From contig CM119378.1 in assembly GCA_051294905.1 (NCBI GenBank), positions 13,764,001-13,828,000 of the forward strand: a stretch of DNA of 64,000 nucleotides, given 5' to 3'. The translations under genes and the position numbers were made by a program. Below the pieces are notes generated by a model. It had not been told where the DNA came from, did not search any database, and worked only from the letters and a program-made list of their open reading frames with translations. Origin of the DNA: Botryllus schlosseri. Taxonomy: Eukaryota. Positions 35,501-50,500 of this stretch are shown here, piece by piece; the first letter of the stretch is position 1, and each line of letters starts with the position of its first letter.

Positions 35501-38500
35501 ACGACCAAATAGAATAAACGTAGTGTTACAATTGGTACAAAGAGCGATAACAATAATCTTTGGCGTTCGCGGTGACTATATGACTCAGAAGACACATCGA
35601 ATTAATCGGACATGTATTGTCTATCCGAGGTCGGCAACCTTTTTTGTTCTGCGGGCCGGTCATCAAATTACGTAAATCGCCAACATTGAGAAAGTATTGC
35701 AGCTATCTCACTAACTTTCGATTACTAAGACGTACCAAGCAAGGCCACAACATACATATTTAGATAAAAGAGATTAGCTTCTTTCAGTTTTTATCAGCGA
35801 CCACTGACTACTACGATTGTGAGCCTGCACTTGCCATGCGAAATTACAGGAACCATTCGCGGACCACAGTAAGCCGACCACTATTACGTTGCGAGAATTT
35901 CTTAATCGACACAAAACAGGCAGCTGTCAGTATTTGGCCACTAACGTAACGAACAATTATTTTTTGACGCGGGGGTCGGTAAAATGAGCAATATATATGT
36001 CACGTTAGTGGCCAAATACTGCTAGTTGCGACAGGGTAGAAAACAAAGCGTCGTTGGCGATACTAGGACGGGCGATATGCAACTAGGACGGGCTATATGC
36101 CACTAGAACTAATAAAAAAACAGTACTTAGTTGGCCGTCAAGTAACAAGATTCGTAGTTTGTACAAGTCTGGCCCGGAGCAGGGCACGTAATTCATGATT
36201 TGAATTCAAAATATATGATACCACGGCTTCCGTTATGAATTAGTACTAATCGGTTTCTGGCACTTGAAACATCAATTACGCGTAACCAAGAATGTTACGC
36301 CGACAGTAACAAACGCACTTGATGCGTACACCCGAAATTGCACGTACAAACTGACGCAATCGCCGCTTATGACGGATGGCACCAAGACAATTTCACCAAC
36401 AGCAACAAATGCATCTGATGCAGAACCGCGACACTGACGCACACGCCGCCCGTGATGGATCTGGTTGCAAGACATTTGGGCATGTGGCTTTTTACACAGA
36501 AAACTAGCCCTAACCCGGAAATTACCCGAACACAACCTATAACTCTAATTCAATTTCCAAGATTTTGCTACCTAACTAATTCCAATTCTTATCTAATTTG
36601 AGAAAAAGACTGTCTATCCATAATTCCGATTCTAATCAGATCTTAAAAAAGCTGACAATATCTAGCTGTCCGATATATTATACTGCGCTACCGGGATAAA
36701 CAAAGGTACTGTCACCTCCACTACACTATCCCTGCCTGTATATTATCCACGAAACAGCGGCTTCACACTAATTATGTCAGACTCTACAAACAAAAACGCA
36801 TCTCTATTTTTAAAACGCGCCATCGATGCGTTCCTAATAACCGTCCGCGCCACCCGCAACCGGCAATTTAACCGCATTTCGCGACACTTGACACATCCAG
36901 CGTCCAAACAAGTCGACAATCACACAAAAACTCGGCCCGCCGCCACGATTACTCACGTTACTTGTGACATGTACACAAAAAAGTCGCGAAAAGCATCATA
37001 ACACGCGTCATCGCGGGCTGTAGTGGCGAGCGGGGGTCATTATCGCTGGCGATGGAGATTAAGCGAGGGTTGAATAACCAGGAGATCGGATAGACGCGTC
37101 GAAATATCAGATTAAAATCAAGCCCCGGTGTAAAAGCCTACGCCACGCTGACGGAGATACCATCATAATTTGGCCGGGAGTTAGTACTTGGCGACACAGA
37201 TAGCATAAATGACGCGGGGGGGGGGGGGGGCAAGAATTGGATTCGGGAATTCGCTAGTAAGGCTGTGCGAAATCGAGTCCTCAATTATGAAGGCACAGCA
37301 GAATGAAGTTAACACATGTACAAGTACAATGTACATTTTATGCGACCACAAGGAAAATAATACCAGTTGCATCACAGCAAAGGTAATTTGCTATTTCTTG
37401 ACCGAGACTATTTCGTATTGCTCGCGACAATGCCGCGCTTTCGTCGCAATTTCTCAGCAATATCATTTCCACGGACGGCTACCTGTTTTCGACACTGCGA
37501 TACCGTCAATATAAGTTTTCAAGGCTCCTAACGGCGGGAAGGAAGTATTGACATTGTAATTTTCGTTCATAAACATCTAGTGCGAACGGCACCTCTTGAA
37601 AAAAATCGATTTCAATTGATATCTACTAAGATTTGGCACTCGAATAAGAAACTGTATCTCGCCACCAAAACATTTAATCTGCTCGCCGTTACATCAATAA
37701 CGACAGCCGGCAATTATAAACACGCAGGAATGCCGGAGATGCTACGGTGACAGATGCGGATATCTGGCGGGTTTGCCTGACGTCTCCACACTCGGCTTCT
37801 AGCCGACTTGATAGAACACAAAATGCACAAGCTTGCAGAGATGAAGCCCTTTTATACCGCCCGCTAATATTTCACATCCCGATGCTACAAACTTTAGAAA
37901 CAGGCATCCCAGAACCGCGGAAAGTTTTCTTAGCGTGAGAAATACGTCCGAGGAACGCGGCAACACGCTAGAAATTGATCCAGTGGGAAATAACTACAGT
38001 TTGAAGCCGCCGTATTAACCCCGTACAAAACAATAAACCAGCGAAGTCAAATCAGGTTCGTTGGGGTAATTACACAAACGCGATACGCCAATTCACGAAA
38101 ATGGATTCACGGAGATCAAAACAGGAATAGGAACCAAGATACCAACAGAATTGAAGACTAAAAAACAGCGGGTTCGCACGCGAGCAGGGCCACGAAAGCT
38201 ACGTACACGCGTAACACGAGACAATCGACACATTTAATTAATGGCGCGAAATCACCAACGATTCGCCGACGCGCGCGAAGCAAGCAATAGAATCTTACCA
38301 TTCCCGCCGAATGTTCTACTGAGTGTGCAAACGGAAATCGTATATTTCCCCGATTCCCATTATAGCATAGCGTGCAAATTCGGGTAAACAGCACTTTCCG
38401 GTAAGAAATTGTGCTTACACCTCCATTTCAACGGATGAAAATGAGTCGAATACACACCGCCGATTCATATGGAGATATACTATAAAGGTGGAGAACATTA

Positions 38501-41500
38501 CAATTACTCCCTTGCATGTCTCAATTACATTACAATTACTGTCAAACATGTAATTGATCCGGTAGAGAGGTGTTCTTTGTCAACCGTAGCGACGTAATTA
38601 GCAACAATCACACGTAATTCATCTTTCCTTCATGATACGTATAAAACCATTTAATTTAAAAAAAAAACGTTTTCGAACTATTCCTAATCATGATGAGTGC
38701 AGAAAAATACACACACAGAAAAAAGTTACTGAGTTACTAAGTCTTTTGTTGCTACTGAAGTATGGGAAACAGTTTAGCGTGACTGAATTATCTAGTTAAC
38801 GAGGCATACATAGAACACCAATGTGAATAGGCTTAATTATTTTATGTTGTGATTGTCAGTTTCAACAACAATGCACGGTAACTGAAATTATAATTAGGCA
38901 AAATTTTTATCAAATTACAATTGGAATTACACAAAATAGAAATGCTTTAATTGCAATTACGTGAAAAAGTGAAATTATTTTACTTTCAGGTCAATCACAA
39001 ATTACAATTGATCCAACTCTGGTGGAGAGAGGTAAAATTTGATGCAACACCCCATGAAAAAAGCCAAAAGTTGGTCCACGTGAAGAGAAAATACCACACC
39101 CCGCGACATATCACCATAAAGATTGGTGTATTTGACTCGATTTCACTCATCGGTGCGACCAAGGTGCAAATACGGCAAATGTATACGCCTATCATCCACC
39201 CACGAGTCTACTGCAAGCGTAGATTCTAAAACAGCGACCTATAGCGGATTCGTAAAAACGCGAAAAACGCATCTGCAAGCAAAGGAGATATAAAACGAGC
39301 GCTTACTCTTCGTTTCTCTTCATCCCTCCTCCTCTTCTCCTCGTCTTTGAGCCTCTGTTTCATCATCTTCTCCTCTTTCTGGGTAGTGTGAGACGGGCCG
39401 TAGCCCTTCTCCATGCCCGACAGCAGCACCTCGTGGCTCGTGCCTCTGCGCATGCTCTGCAAAGGGCCAGATCGGAAAATAGTCAACTTCAGCCAACATG
39501 GATCTTCAGCAATGTTCCCTCTAAACTGCGCACATGCGCGATTGCGCAGTGCTGGCACGGTCTCTGCGCACAGAAAATATAAGCTGCGCACGAGAAAGCC
39601 GAAGTGATGACCTTTTTTTAATCGTTACAGACTGTTGTCCAAAGGACCGCGCAGTGAGTTGATGAGTGCGCGCAGACACGTGAAAAATTAGAGGGAACAT
39701 TGGTCTTCAGTAAAAATTTCTTTCTCAAATTGAACTGGCTACTTCATAAAAGTGTAAGGCTACCTAATTAAAGGCTGCGCATTGGTGCAATTCCAACTCA
39801 TAAAACTTTTTTTCTTTTATAGCAACGCTTCTATAGGTTGGAATTGAGCCAGAATCGGTGGGCAACGCTTCAAAAACTTTGGGTTAGCCATGGATATCCC
39901 AACTTTTTCAGAAACTTTTCGCTCTCAATAACCAAATCTCGATCAAGCGCGAGTCAATTAACATCTTACATGACATGATATTTGTTGGCTTGGTAGCGAA
40001 ATGCAGGAGAATCCCGAGACACATAACATTTAATATACACTGCCACCCACCATATCCAATCTAATTACCGTGTTAGGCTCCGGGTCGCTCCTGGCGTCGA
40101 TGAGAGCGGCAGTCGAAAAACGGTTGGGTTTCCCAACGCTGTTTGTGGCGCCGTCCGCGTTATCGCCGTCGGCTCCTCTCTTCTTATTTGAGCTTTTGTA
40201 GGGCGTCGGTCTGCGCGTGAGGGCGCTGCTGCTTTGGGTGCCGCCTTTGTGGAAGAACTTCGATTTGGTGTGCGGCGACGAGGTAGAGTGGCTGAGAGTC
40301 AAGAATACGAAACATGAACGGACGGAATACTTTTCCGAAATTTTTAACCAATTCTCATGAAAATACGTATTAAAATTGGAGTATTTGGCTGTAATAAGTT
40401 GTTGGTCATAAACAACAATCTTCATTCAAGAAACATGAAAGGCGTGTATGTATTTCAGAGCATTCGGATAAAATTAGTGGCCACCAAGTGCCATTCAACA
40501 TTCACCGGTAAGCCTTACAAAAATAAATATCGCAATTGGAGTATTTGGTTGCATTAAGGTGTTAGTCATTATTCAAAAGTTCACGTCTATCTTCAATGAA
40601 AAACCCATAAAAGGACGTAATACCTTTCCGTGAGCCTTCGAGGAGTCTGACGGATATAAATATAGCAAGTGGGTTATTTGGCTGCGTTAGGATGTATATA
40701 GTAGTTATAAAAAAGGGCGAAAAAAATGCCATCCTACCTCAAGTGTGACGGAAATAAACATCGCAATTGGGGTATTTGGTTGCGTTAAGGTACCAGATGT
40801 CCCAGTAACAAACAAAAATCCGTCTACTTTATGAAACATATAACTGGTATTAACTGCAGACTTGCCAAATAATTCCTGAATTCCCGGGAACGTATTTTCG
40901 TTCACTCACCTCTCCTTCATATGATCCAATTTCTGAGTCGGCGTCTCCAAATTTGGAAACACTTTTTGGCCCGTCTTTTTCGGGTCGTAGGGGCCGACCA
41001 TGTAAGGAAAGTTAGCACCGTCGGACACCATCTCGCCCAAAGCCTTCTGTTGCGATTTTGATGGCTTGAATGCAAGAAGGAAGAGTTACCACTAGGATCG
41101 ACGGAGATGCCAGGTATACGAGACAGTGTCACAGCATCTATTGTTACACACAAAGCTGAGAAGTGGACTTTAATGCTGTTTCTGACAGTGATCAATCACA
41201 GTATTCAATTATATCACAACAAACGATAGGTATTAAGCATATCTCAATATCCACAGTGGCAGTTGTCATCAATTGATTAACAACTTCAAACACAACAATT
41301 ACGTGATTTAACAAAACGATCATAACCAGAGGCTGTTATTAGAAAAACACATCCCATTAAAACTTCATTTATATAGAATCAGCCGAGTAGGAAAGCAATA
41401 CTTTCAGTGCAACACGGTTATATTGAAGTCAGTAATATGAACCACAGATTTCACAGAATTTTCATCAATAAGTGAAGTCTCATGGTCGTCAATCGTCATG

Positions 41501-44500
41501 AATCAGTGCAACAGCACTGATGATCCTCTTGAAACAATTGTAATCGCAAATCGTCAGACCACCAAACCTTAATATCATTACGAATTTTCGGTTATAGCAG
41601 GCGTGCAATGGTGCGATGACCCCCCCTACCGTGACAACAGGCAGTCAATCATTCTTTTGACTGACAATGGACATGACGTCCTAAAATGCACACCAAGTGA
41701 CAGTGTGACACTGTTAACCAATCCATTTGGATAATTCACAAGACAGTAACAAACTTACTCTGGGCTTGATCACTGCTGCCACCTTGTTGACAAGTTCCGG
41801 ATTCAGTTTCCCGGGAACAGAGCCACTAGATTGTGAGCTTGAGGACGAGGCAGGCTTTGTATATGAACTTAAATCGCTCAGTCCGGGGCCCTCCTGTTAT
41901 AGCGGATGAAGAATTTAGCTACCACACTTTACTACATAACTCTATTTGATTGCACAGAGCTGATAGCTTTGTCTTTGTATTACTTCTGCCAAGTATTAAG
42001 TTTTCACTTGTCAAAGTTCGCAAGTAGCGATTTCACTAGTGAGGCTGTCAAAAGTAAGCTGTGTATATACTTTGCACATCATTAATATTGTACTCATACC
42101 TCTTCTGGGGTGCAGTGTGGGATGCATTACACAGTTTTAAAAGCTGCCTTTAACTCAGCCTTAGTAAGTAGAGTAAGTAATAGCCAACTAATTGAGTTTG
42201 AGAATCCTTAGCAAAAATTGGCAGCACTTATTTACCAACTACATCTGAATGCACTTCAGAAATGGGTAGCTGGTCCAGGTCATAAGAAAACTTTTACTGA
42301 TCCATAAAACTATGTCATATGTATCAATAAGGCTGTCCACACTGAGCAATTGTGCACGTCTAACACACAGACACCACACGGCTTTACGAAAATGATTCAG
42401 CAATGAGTACTATGATAAGAATTAGTGACAGGCTAGTAAGTGTGAGTAAATGAAGCGATAGCGGCAGTTCGTTCATCAGAACAATAAAAATGTATAGTGA
42501 CTAATCAGTATAAGTCATAATGTGGCGATAACGTTGAAGGCACTTCTGCGGCTATTATCTCGCATAGCCCTACTTACAAAAATCATCAACTTTGCAATGG
42601 ATCCGATTTGTTGTAAGAAATAAACGAGTTTCACATTACAAAACATATAAAATCAATCGTACCTCGTTGTCTAAAAGACCAGCCGTTGGACTTGCACTTG
42701 GCGTTTCGCATCTGAAATCATCGCTGACTGTAAAAAAAAATTGTAATAAGAAAATAGTAATAATAATATTTTATAGAATGACACAAGAAATAACGCAAGT
42801 CAAGACACGCTATGTTGATAGCAGACAAATCACATTTTGCCCAGCTTTACAAACCCACATCACCATAAAGTTATTGGAGAAACTCATTAGTAATAAAACA
42901 CTCGGAGAGGATACCTCTTCCCGTTTGCTTTTAGTAAGCTGAAAGATAACGCAGGTGATAAGGGCCGAGGGAGTTCCGAAAATCACCACAAATTTGCAAA
43001 ACAACATCGTGCTGATATTACAGTCTGGCGAATTATCACAACACCCAACACAGGTGTCTAATAAAGCCGGACACACTTCACACAGAGTGGTACTAGGCTA
43101 TTTGTAAATGACACATTTCGCACATCTGTTTCTGGGCTTATTCTTCAAGGTTTCCAAAATCCGATCACAATACCCGGGAGGTGCCAGACGGCTTTTATTT
43201 AAAATGAGTCACGCCACCCTGCGCTGGCTGATCGCAGACAAAGATAGGAAGATCGATTTCAAGCCTGCTGAACTGGTCAAACTGGAAGATGGAAGTCAAA
43301 ATCGCTTATGCACACGAAATTCTGTAGACTAGTTACACAAATACATACCAGTCTTCCGAATAAGGTCCAAGTTAGATTGAGCACACACCAAACTAGCCAT
43401 CGGATAGAGAGCGATATTAGACATACATAACAGAGAAGTTTCAAAGATAGGATAACTATTGGTCCTTGTTTCTGAAGTACAGAAGAAACCACTTTATATC
43501 ATGAACTTGTACATATAGCAGCACAGATGATTTAAGCAGCAGCTCTACTAAAGAGCCCGGAGCTAGCGAACTCGAAATAAAACTGCACTCAGAACCTAAG
43601 TCATTTGACGACATTCACGACCTGGACCTGTATGATCTCACAATGCATTAAATCAAAGTTCTCTCAATTCTCTCGAGGTTACTGGAACAGAAACAAAATC
43701 AATTTCCAACCTATTTTCGTCAAAGACACAGTTCAATTTAGCCCCGTTAATAGTGATACACTGATAATTAGAAGCAATATACTTTCAAATACATTTTATC
43801 ACCCTTCAATTCACAGCGATTTGCAGTGCACACTACACGCACAGCAGTCAGCACTCAGCAGTAGCTCTTAAACAAAAATATCCCTAAGCAACAGATGGCA
43901 AAAGATTATCTTGAGCAAGCAAGTCCATAATAATCAATAAAATAAGCTATTACATGGCGAAACTGGCTTCAAGCATCCGCACACAGAGGGCGATAAAACT
44001 TGAAGCTACCAGACCATCGAGAGTTACCCTTTTTACGGCTATCATGACTTGTATACACATTAATTCTCTCCTCACTTCAATCAAATGAATCACAATAGAC
44101 TTTCTAGGTTTGTTACTTCCTGGTTTTATAATGATAACCAGCCATAGGAAAGTTATCAACGCAATGAACGAATGCTTCCTGTTTCGTATGCCTATCCTTC
44201 AAGTATTATTGCTGACAAGCTGAGCACAACTCCAAGGTAATGAGGTGATACTCGGTCTTTTATACCCATCTGTGACCTTACAGGTTATCTTAAAAACCAG
44301 CCCCTCGGGCTAAATTCAAATGCTGCCGAAACTGAAAAGTGCACGATTGTTCCAAAACAAAAGGTGAATCACTCGACACACTACGTTTAACTGCAGCAAT
44401 GTAGAAAAATTATCAACAAAACTACTGCTTCCTCATGTTTTCCGACCATTTAGGGGAATTGGAATGAGCGGAAAGTAACAAGCATAACATGTATCTACCA

Positions 44501-47500
44501 TGACTCGATAATCTTCCAGGATATACATCACTGTCACTAGCATTGGCCTGGCTCATTCCTTGCCCGTTACATAACTTGTGGCGTGTTTATAAGTAAACAA
44601 AACAAGTTACACGGTACTACCGTATTTTCTATCTACAGCGAGACCGGCTAATCCATCTTCTGCAGGCGAATAAACTTACACAGTAGGCTTACGTAACAAC
44701 CGTCACTTCCCAATACTGGCTATTGAATTCTGACCCTTCTGTCCTTCCTGAAGAACTTCATTACATCACTTCCTCAATAAATGCATCGGGAGTTTTTTAT
44801 GAAGTGAATACTGGGAATGGACAGCCGTGCAAAAATCAACTGAAAGTTCATTTTTCATGATTGAAAGAACCCCAAGATCTAAATAGAGATTATGTGATAG
44901 CTATAGGAAAGGGCAATCAAGATATTGTGCATTATTTTTTGAGAAAGACAGGTCAAGTTGTGAATTTGAACGGTAAAGACCGGGTTCACTTTATATTTCA
45001 AGACTTATTACACTTAAAAGCTGCCTAAATCTGATATCAGAAGTGCATTTACGCAATATTTGAAAATGCAGCAATAATTGTCACTGAGGCCACATATTTT
45101 AAGGAGCAATTCAGTAACAAAAAAAAACATTCCTCACTACCATGAAAACAACACCGTTTAACCCTCGGGAGAAACGTGTCGAATTGAACAAGTTCAAAGA
45201 GGGACAAAGTGGATTGCTGAGAAGCCTCTACATTTCACAATGCCCGATTCCATCTCCATTTACACCATAACAACATGCCCGTGTCACTGTCAAGAGGGTT
45301 CACATTCCCATAACAACACATCACAGCAACGACACATTTCCAAGACAATTAAACGATGAAATATTGCAGTTACGACTCCAAATATGGCCGGACACTGATC
45401 ACTATACATGCAATATTCACCAGTTTGTTGTTTTGAAGTCATGATCTAATGAACCTACCGATTGCCAACATGAACGTACTGAAAGCACTCAAAGTTTCAT
45501 GCCCGTTGAGTCATTACAAATTTACTTGAATTCTTCTGACCACTTAATCACCAATTAGAGTGGACAAGATGATGAATAAATCACAACAACATTGTTAAAG
45601 CAGGGAATGCTGGTTATCCAGCATGGAAATTCCAATCACCGTAATTACTCTAGCAAGTAGGACTTCATTTTTTCTAGAAAATCTTTGAGAACTGATTTGA
45701 TTTGGGTGCAACAGTCTCGTGGCGAATTCAAAAACGGGAACAAAAGAAAATTCAGTGTTCCTACCCAAGACACAACTCTAGAAACAAGCAACCATCGACA
45801 CGGTAGAAAGCCCGTCTTCCGCGCGAGTAATTACACATCGCAACAGTCGTGCCACTATGGGCATGGCGATTGATCAGCGACATATCCCGAACAATTATAA
45901 CAAATCATCAGTAATATAAAAATGATGACAGCAATTACGGTATGACATAAGGTTTTAATTCTTGAACCGGCAAACCGTCACTATTGCCGGAATACATCGA
46001 CGTAACGGACAAATTTCGACGATTGAACAGCAATAGTTTAGCTACTGAGTGTAGGCGTATTAGCAAGCATAGTGATTAGGGCTGGCCAAATCAGTTATAA
46101 AACCTTAGAATCTGAATCGAGTATTAAACATGATGACTCCGGTCGAGTAATGAGACATGTTCTTTTTCGAGAACCAAATTATTCACCCCTAGCCTATAAG
46201 AGTAATATGAACAACGAGAATTATAGCTTCGACAGATTGTTACCGCAGTGGAATTCGTAACATATCGATTGGTCATGACACAGCATCCAAAACGTGCCGT
46301 ACAAAGGTACAAACGTCGGTGGAAACGACATTTCTGCGAGTTACTGATCTCACAAAGCCCTACAAAGTGGGTGTGGTCGAAAAATAGCATTTGAAATCTT
46401 TAATGTGGTGTATAAGTGGCATTGTTTTCATATTAGTCACAGCACACAATTGGACTCTCAAATACTGTACTTGACTCGTAGCCTGATACTCAATTCGGGA
46501 TTGAATTGAATTCGAATGGCAGAGGTAGCCTACTTAATTTCGCTCAGCTGTAAACGTGACCACGTGCCGACACTTACGATTCCAAGACGAGTCCAGTTCA
46601 TTCCCGGGCGACACCGGTGTTCCTTTTGACATCGTGTGTGTCGGGTAAGCGATTTCGCTCGCGGGCGACGAAATCATCTGGTCCCGTTCTCCAGACACGA
46701 GCGCCGAAGACCTGTTGAGGAACGGGGGGAGAGATTCCGTACTCGAGGCGCCTAGGGTGCTCCGCGTCGTAAACTTATCGGGAGAGCCCGGTCTCGAGTC
46801 GTCGTCCTGAAAACATAATCGGACATGGTAGTCAAGTTAACGGCAGAGTTGATCTTTGACTGGCAGATAATTTCTCTTATTCCAAGCCTCCGGCATCATT
46901 TGAAATAAATTCAATCTGGTACGGATGCAATTACTTTACACGGTTCCATTACCCAGGTAACCAAAATGACCACACCGACGTGGGTCGTTAACGATTGATC
47001 ATACCCCCAATATTGTTGCTTACAGACATAGAGGCAGGGTTGCCCTTTCGCTGTTTTAAAGACCAAATTGCTAAAAGTGAGATATATTTTCAGACCACCG
47101 GCTGCAAAAAATAGTATGCCACAGTCAAATTATCTTGCCGCAAAAAGATATAATTGTTTACAAACCAATGCTTATTCAGTTTTCTGTGATATTATAGATA
47201 TCTAACCTAGAGATAGATGCGCAACACCCGTCGTCACGCTTGCTTGCTCCGTGCCAATTAGCAGTTTGAAAGCAACATAATTTCGAATCCCATAGCTGAT
47301 GGACCAAGCGCTTAAATTAAATAAAGTTGATCTTATTTGAAAGCTATTGTTGCGCTGATTCCAAAAATATACATGAAAATCTGATCAGGACAATGGAACC
47401 CCCACGTAATACACGTCAAAGTCTGAAAATTGGCATTGTTCCGAGCAATCGCAACCTCGTAAGGGTCATTGTTACAGTCATTGTGCTGCTCGCTGCGATT

Positions 47501-50500
47501 GTTTAGAACAATGCCGATTTAAAGACTTTGAAGGCTATTTCAGGGTGGTTCCATTGCCTTGATGAAATTTTGATGTATATTTTCGAAATCAGTGCGACAG
47601 TAGCTTTCAAATAAGATCAGCTTTATTTGATTTGAGCGCCAGGCCGTCAGCTATGGGATTAGCAATTATGTTGCTTTCAGTTTGCTGAGCAGTTATTTAC
47701 ACTGAGCAAGCAAGCGTGACGACGGGTGTTGCGTATCTATCCGTAAGTTAGTTATCTATATTTATATTCATCGTTAAAATACTACTTTTAGAAATAGCCA
47801 TGGATGGTTAATCGAGCAATAGAATACAAAATCACAATTCCTTTCATGACGTCACATGAATTCGGCCCCACTAAAATAATTCGCATGTTTGGCGACGAAA
47901 GCTTGGGTGTTCTTCTGGCAACCCTGCGATGGGGCCTAGTCTCGTCACTTTTGAAACACAAACACATTTTTTTTTGGGAAAAAAACAAGCCCATGTCAAC
48001 ATTTCCAGAGTGAACTAACCATTCATCGGATAGCACAAATGTGAATCTGTGCGAGGGTGATGCATTTCGTGCTATGGGATTTGTTGAAAAAACACAGCTA
48101 CAGGCCGAGAAGACCTGCCAATCATCAATCATTTCAAACCGCTTTCCTGGCAAAAATATTCCCGAGTACCCGGCAACACAGAACCGAAATTGATCTTTAT
48201 CTAACCGCCGTCACATACATCAGACATTCATGGATCAACATTACCTGTATATTGGACCTTGAAAAATCAAATTCCAACCCGTCGGAATCCATGCCGTTCA
48301 GTTCGTTAATAGACCTATCCGAGCCGTCCGTGACAGCGCGGTGTATACTGAAAACACAAAGTTTGCCGTTGATTCGCAATGTCGCGCCGTGTCCACATGA
48401 ACACACTCAAGGCCACCTACCTATTGATGGCCTCCGTTTGTTCTTTGCGCTCCCAGGCGTCTTTAAAAAACGTGGTGTACACTTCCGTGAGTTTGGAATG
48501 GCTTGGCGTGACTGTCATAAATCTTGCCTGAAGAAAAGATATTCCCCGTATCGATAACTAGAAATTTCAGACACATTCCTAACAAGATCTGTAGCAAACG
48601 CCGTCAAATGAATCAAACAGGCCAGTTGACTTAACACCATAGAGACACTAAGACTCTGCAAGTCCTTTTTTCCCATGTAAAAAGAAATAAGATGACTATA
48701 GCTAGCTCACCGCACAAATCAGTTTTGCAAAGCCTCAATTTCAACTTTCGTTTTACATCTTTGGTTGTATTAACGTAGCCACGTCACGGGTATATAAAAT
48801 TGCCAGTGGCAGAAGTAGTTCTATTTACCAACCCACTAAAGTCCATACTATGAAAATACAACCAGGTACAAGTTTGGGAAACATCATCATAGACTTGATG
48901 GGAACTTCTAAATGTTGTAAATGCATGGGCCTGCACGAAAGAGTGCTTTACCTGCAGCGTATCTGCGAGATTATTGGCTTCGATGACGACTTTCTGCGCT
49001 TCTTGGTCACGGAAGAAGCAAGTTGAAAATCTATCTTTGGATTTTGACGACATACAGACCATCTGGATCGGGTAGGCGCTTACAGTGTATTTTGCAAAAA
49101 CCTGAAAATACAAAACATAATATCGTAAATTCACCAGTATGCGATGGGACCTATGAACCTTCTACAATAGGGAAAAGTTGAAAGAACGTAAATTTGTAGT
49201 CGATTTCAAGAAAGAGGGCAGCTTGCAAAGTATGAAATAACTGCATCAAGTAGAAGTAGAAGTCGGAGTATCCACGTAGAATAGTTTGAAAAAGCAGATT
49301 TGGTCAAGGCAGGGTTGTAACCAAGTCACAAGGTTCCGAGTCACAAGTCATTACCACTTTTATTGTTTTGACTCGAGTCGATCATTATGTCCACTGTTAA
49401 GTTTTCAGGTGAATCCATTTTTCTCAACTCTGCTCGAGTGATATAGAATGGCTTGCATTCATAACATAGTAATTTTCCTTGGTCTTACAGTTTCTGGCTC
49501 CATTTCCAATTATGACGACCGATTGACGAAATACAAATATTGTGGTCACTTTACTATTTTTCAAAGTTACAATGAAATGTCTGTCTTGGCCGTCGTAGTC
49601 TCGAGTCATTTGGCTTGGTTCGAGTCACGCATTTAAAAAATGACTCGAGTCAAGCCGAGTCACCAAAGAATCGTGACTCGAGTCATTACAACCCTGGATC
49701 AAGGCCTTGCATACTTTTTGTAGTGCATCGTTACTGGCCATTTCTGCATATAAAAGGCTCGAGGCTTACCTTCATAACGGAATACGACGCCGGCCGACAG
49801 GTGTCGAACAGCAGCAAAAACCCGTGCACGGTCTGCTTCTTGTTCAGTATGTGCCTGGCGTTCTGATACGAGGTCATCGTCACTTGAATGCACCTCTTCT
49901 GGTCGCCGAGATAGGTTTCGATGGCCAGCGAATCGCCGACGGACTGAACGTCGTCTTGGTTTTCCGAGCTGCACGAGGCGGAGTCCCTGTCCGGCTTTTC
50001 TTTGTCGTCGTCTGCCGACAAGACCTTGCACGACGAGTGGTTCAGAAGCGGTAACAGAGCCACCTCGGCACCGGAAAAGTCATCTGGAAACGCGTAATTT
50101 GGTAAAATCACGATACAAGATCAGTTGACGGTGTCAGGATGCTAAACCAGTGGTTGTTAAACTTAAATATCCCAAAGCAAACTTCAGAGGAATCCCAAAT
50201 TTTAGCTCAGTCACAAAGAAAAATACCACACCACACATCTAATTCATTACTGGTGCAAAAAAAACCTGTGCATCAACAGTGTTGAAAGGATACCGTAAAT
50301 TTCCAAGTATAGTACGCCCCCATGTATAATACGCACCCTTAAAATGGCATGCAAATTCTGGGAAAAAGCCTGTACCCATGTATAGTACGCACCCTGTATT
50401 TGCAGTACACGAATAGCTGTGTTTCAGTATACTATGCCGACATGTCGTTCTGTTTTGCGATGTCACTCTTCAACAATCATGACATAACCATCGCTAATCA

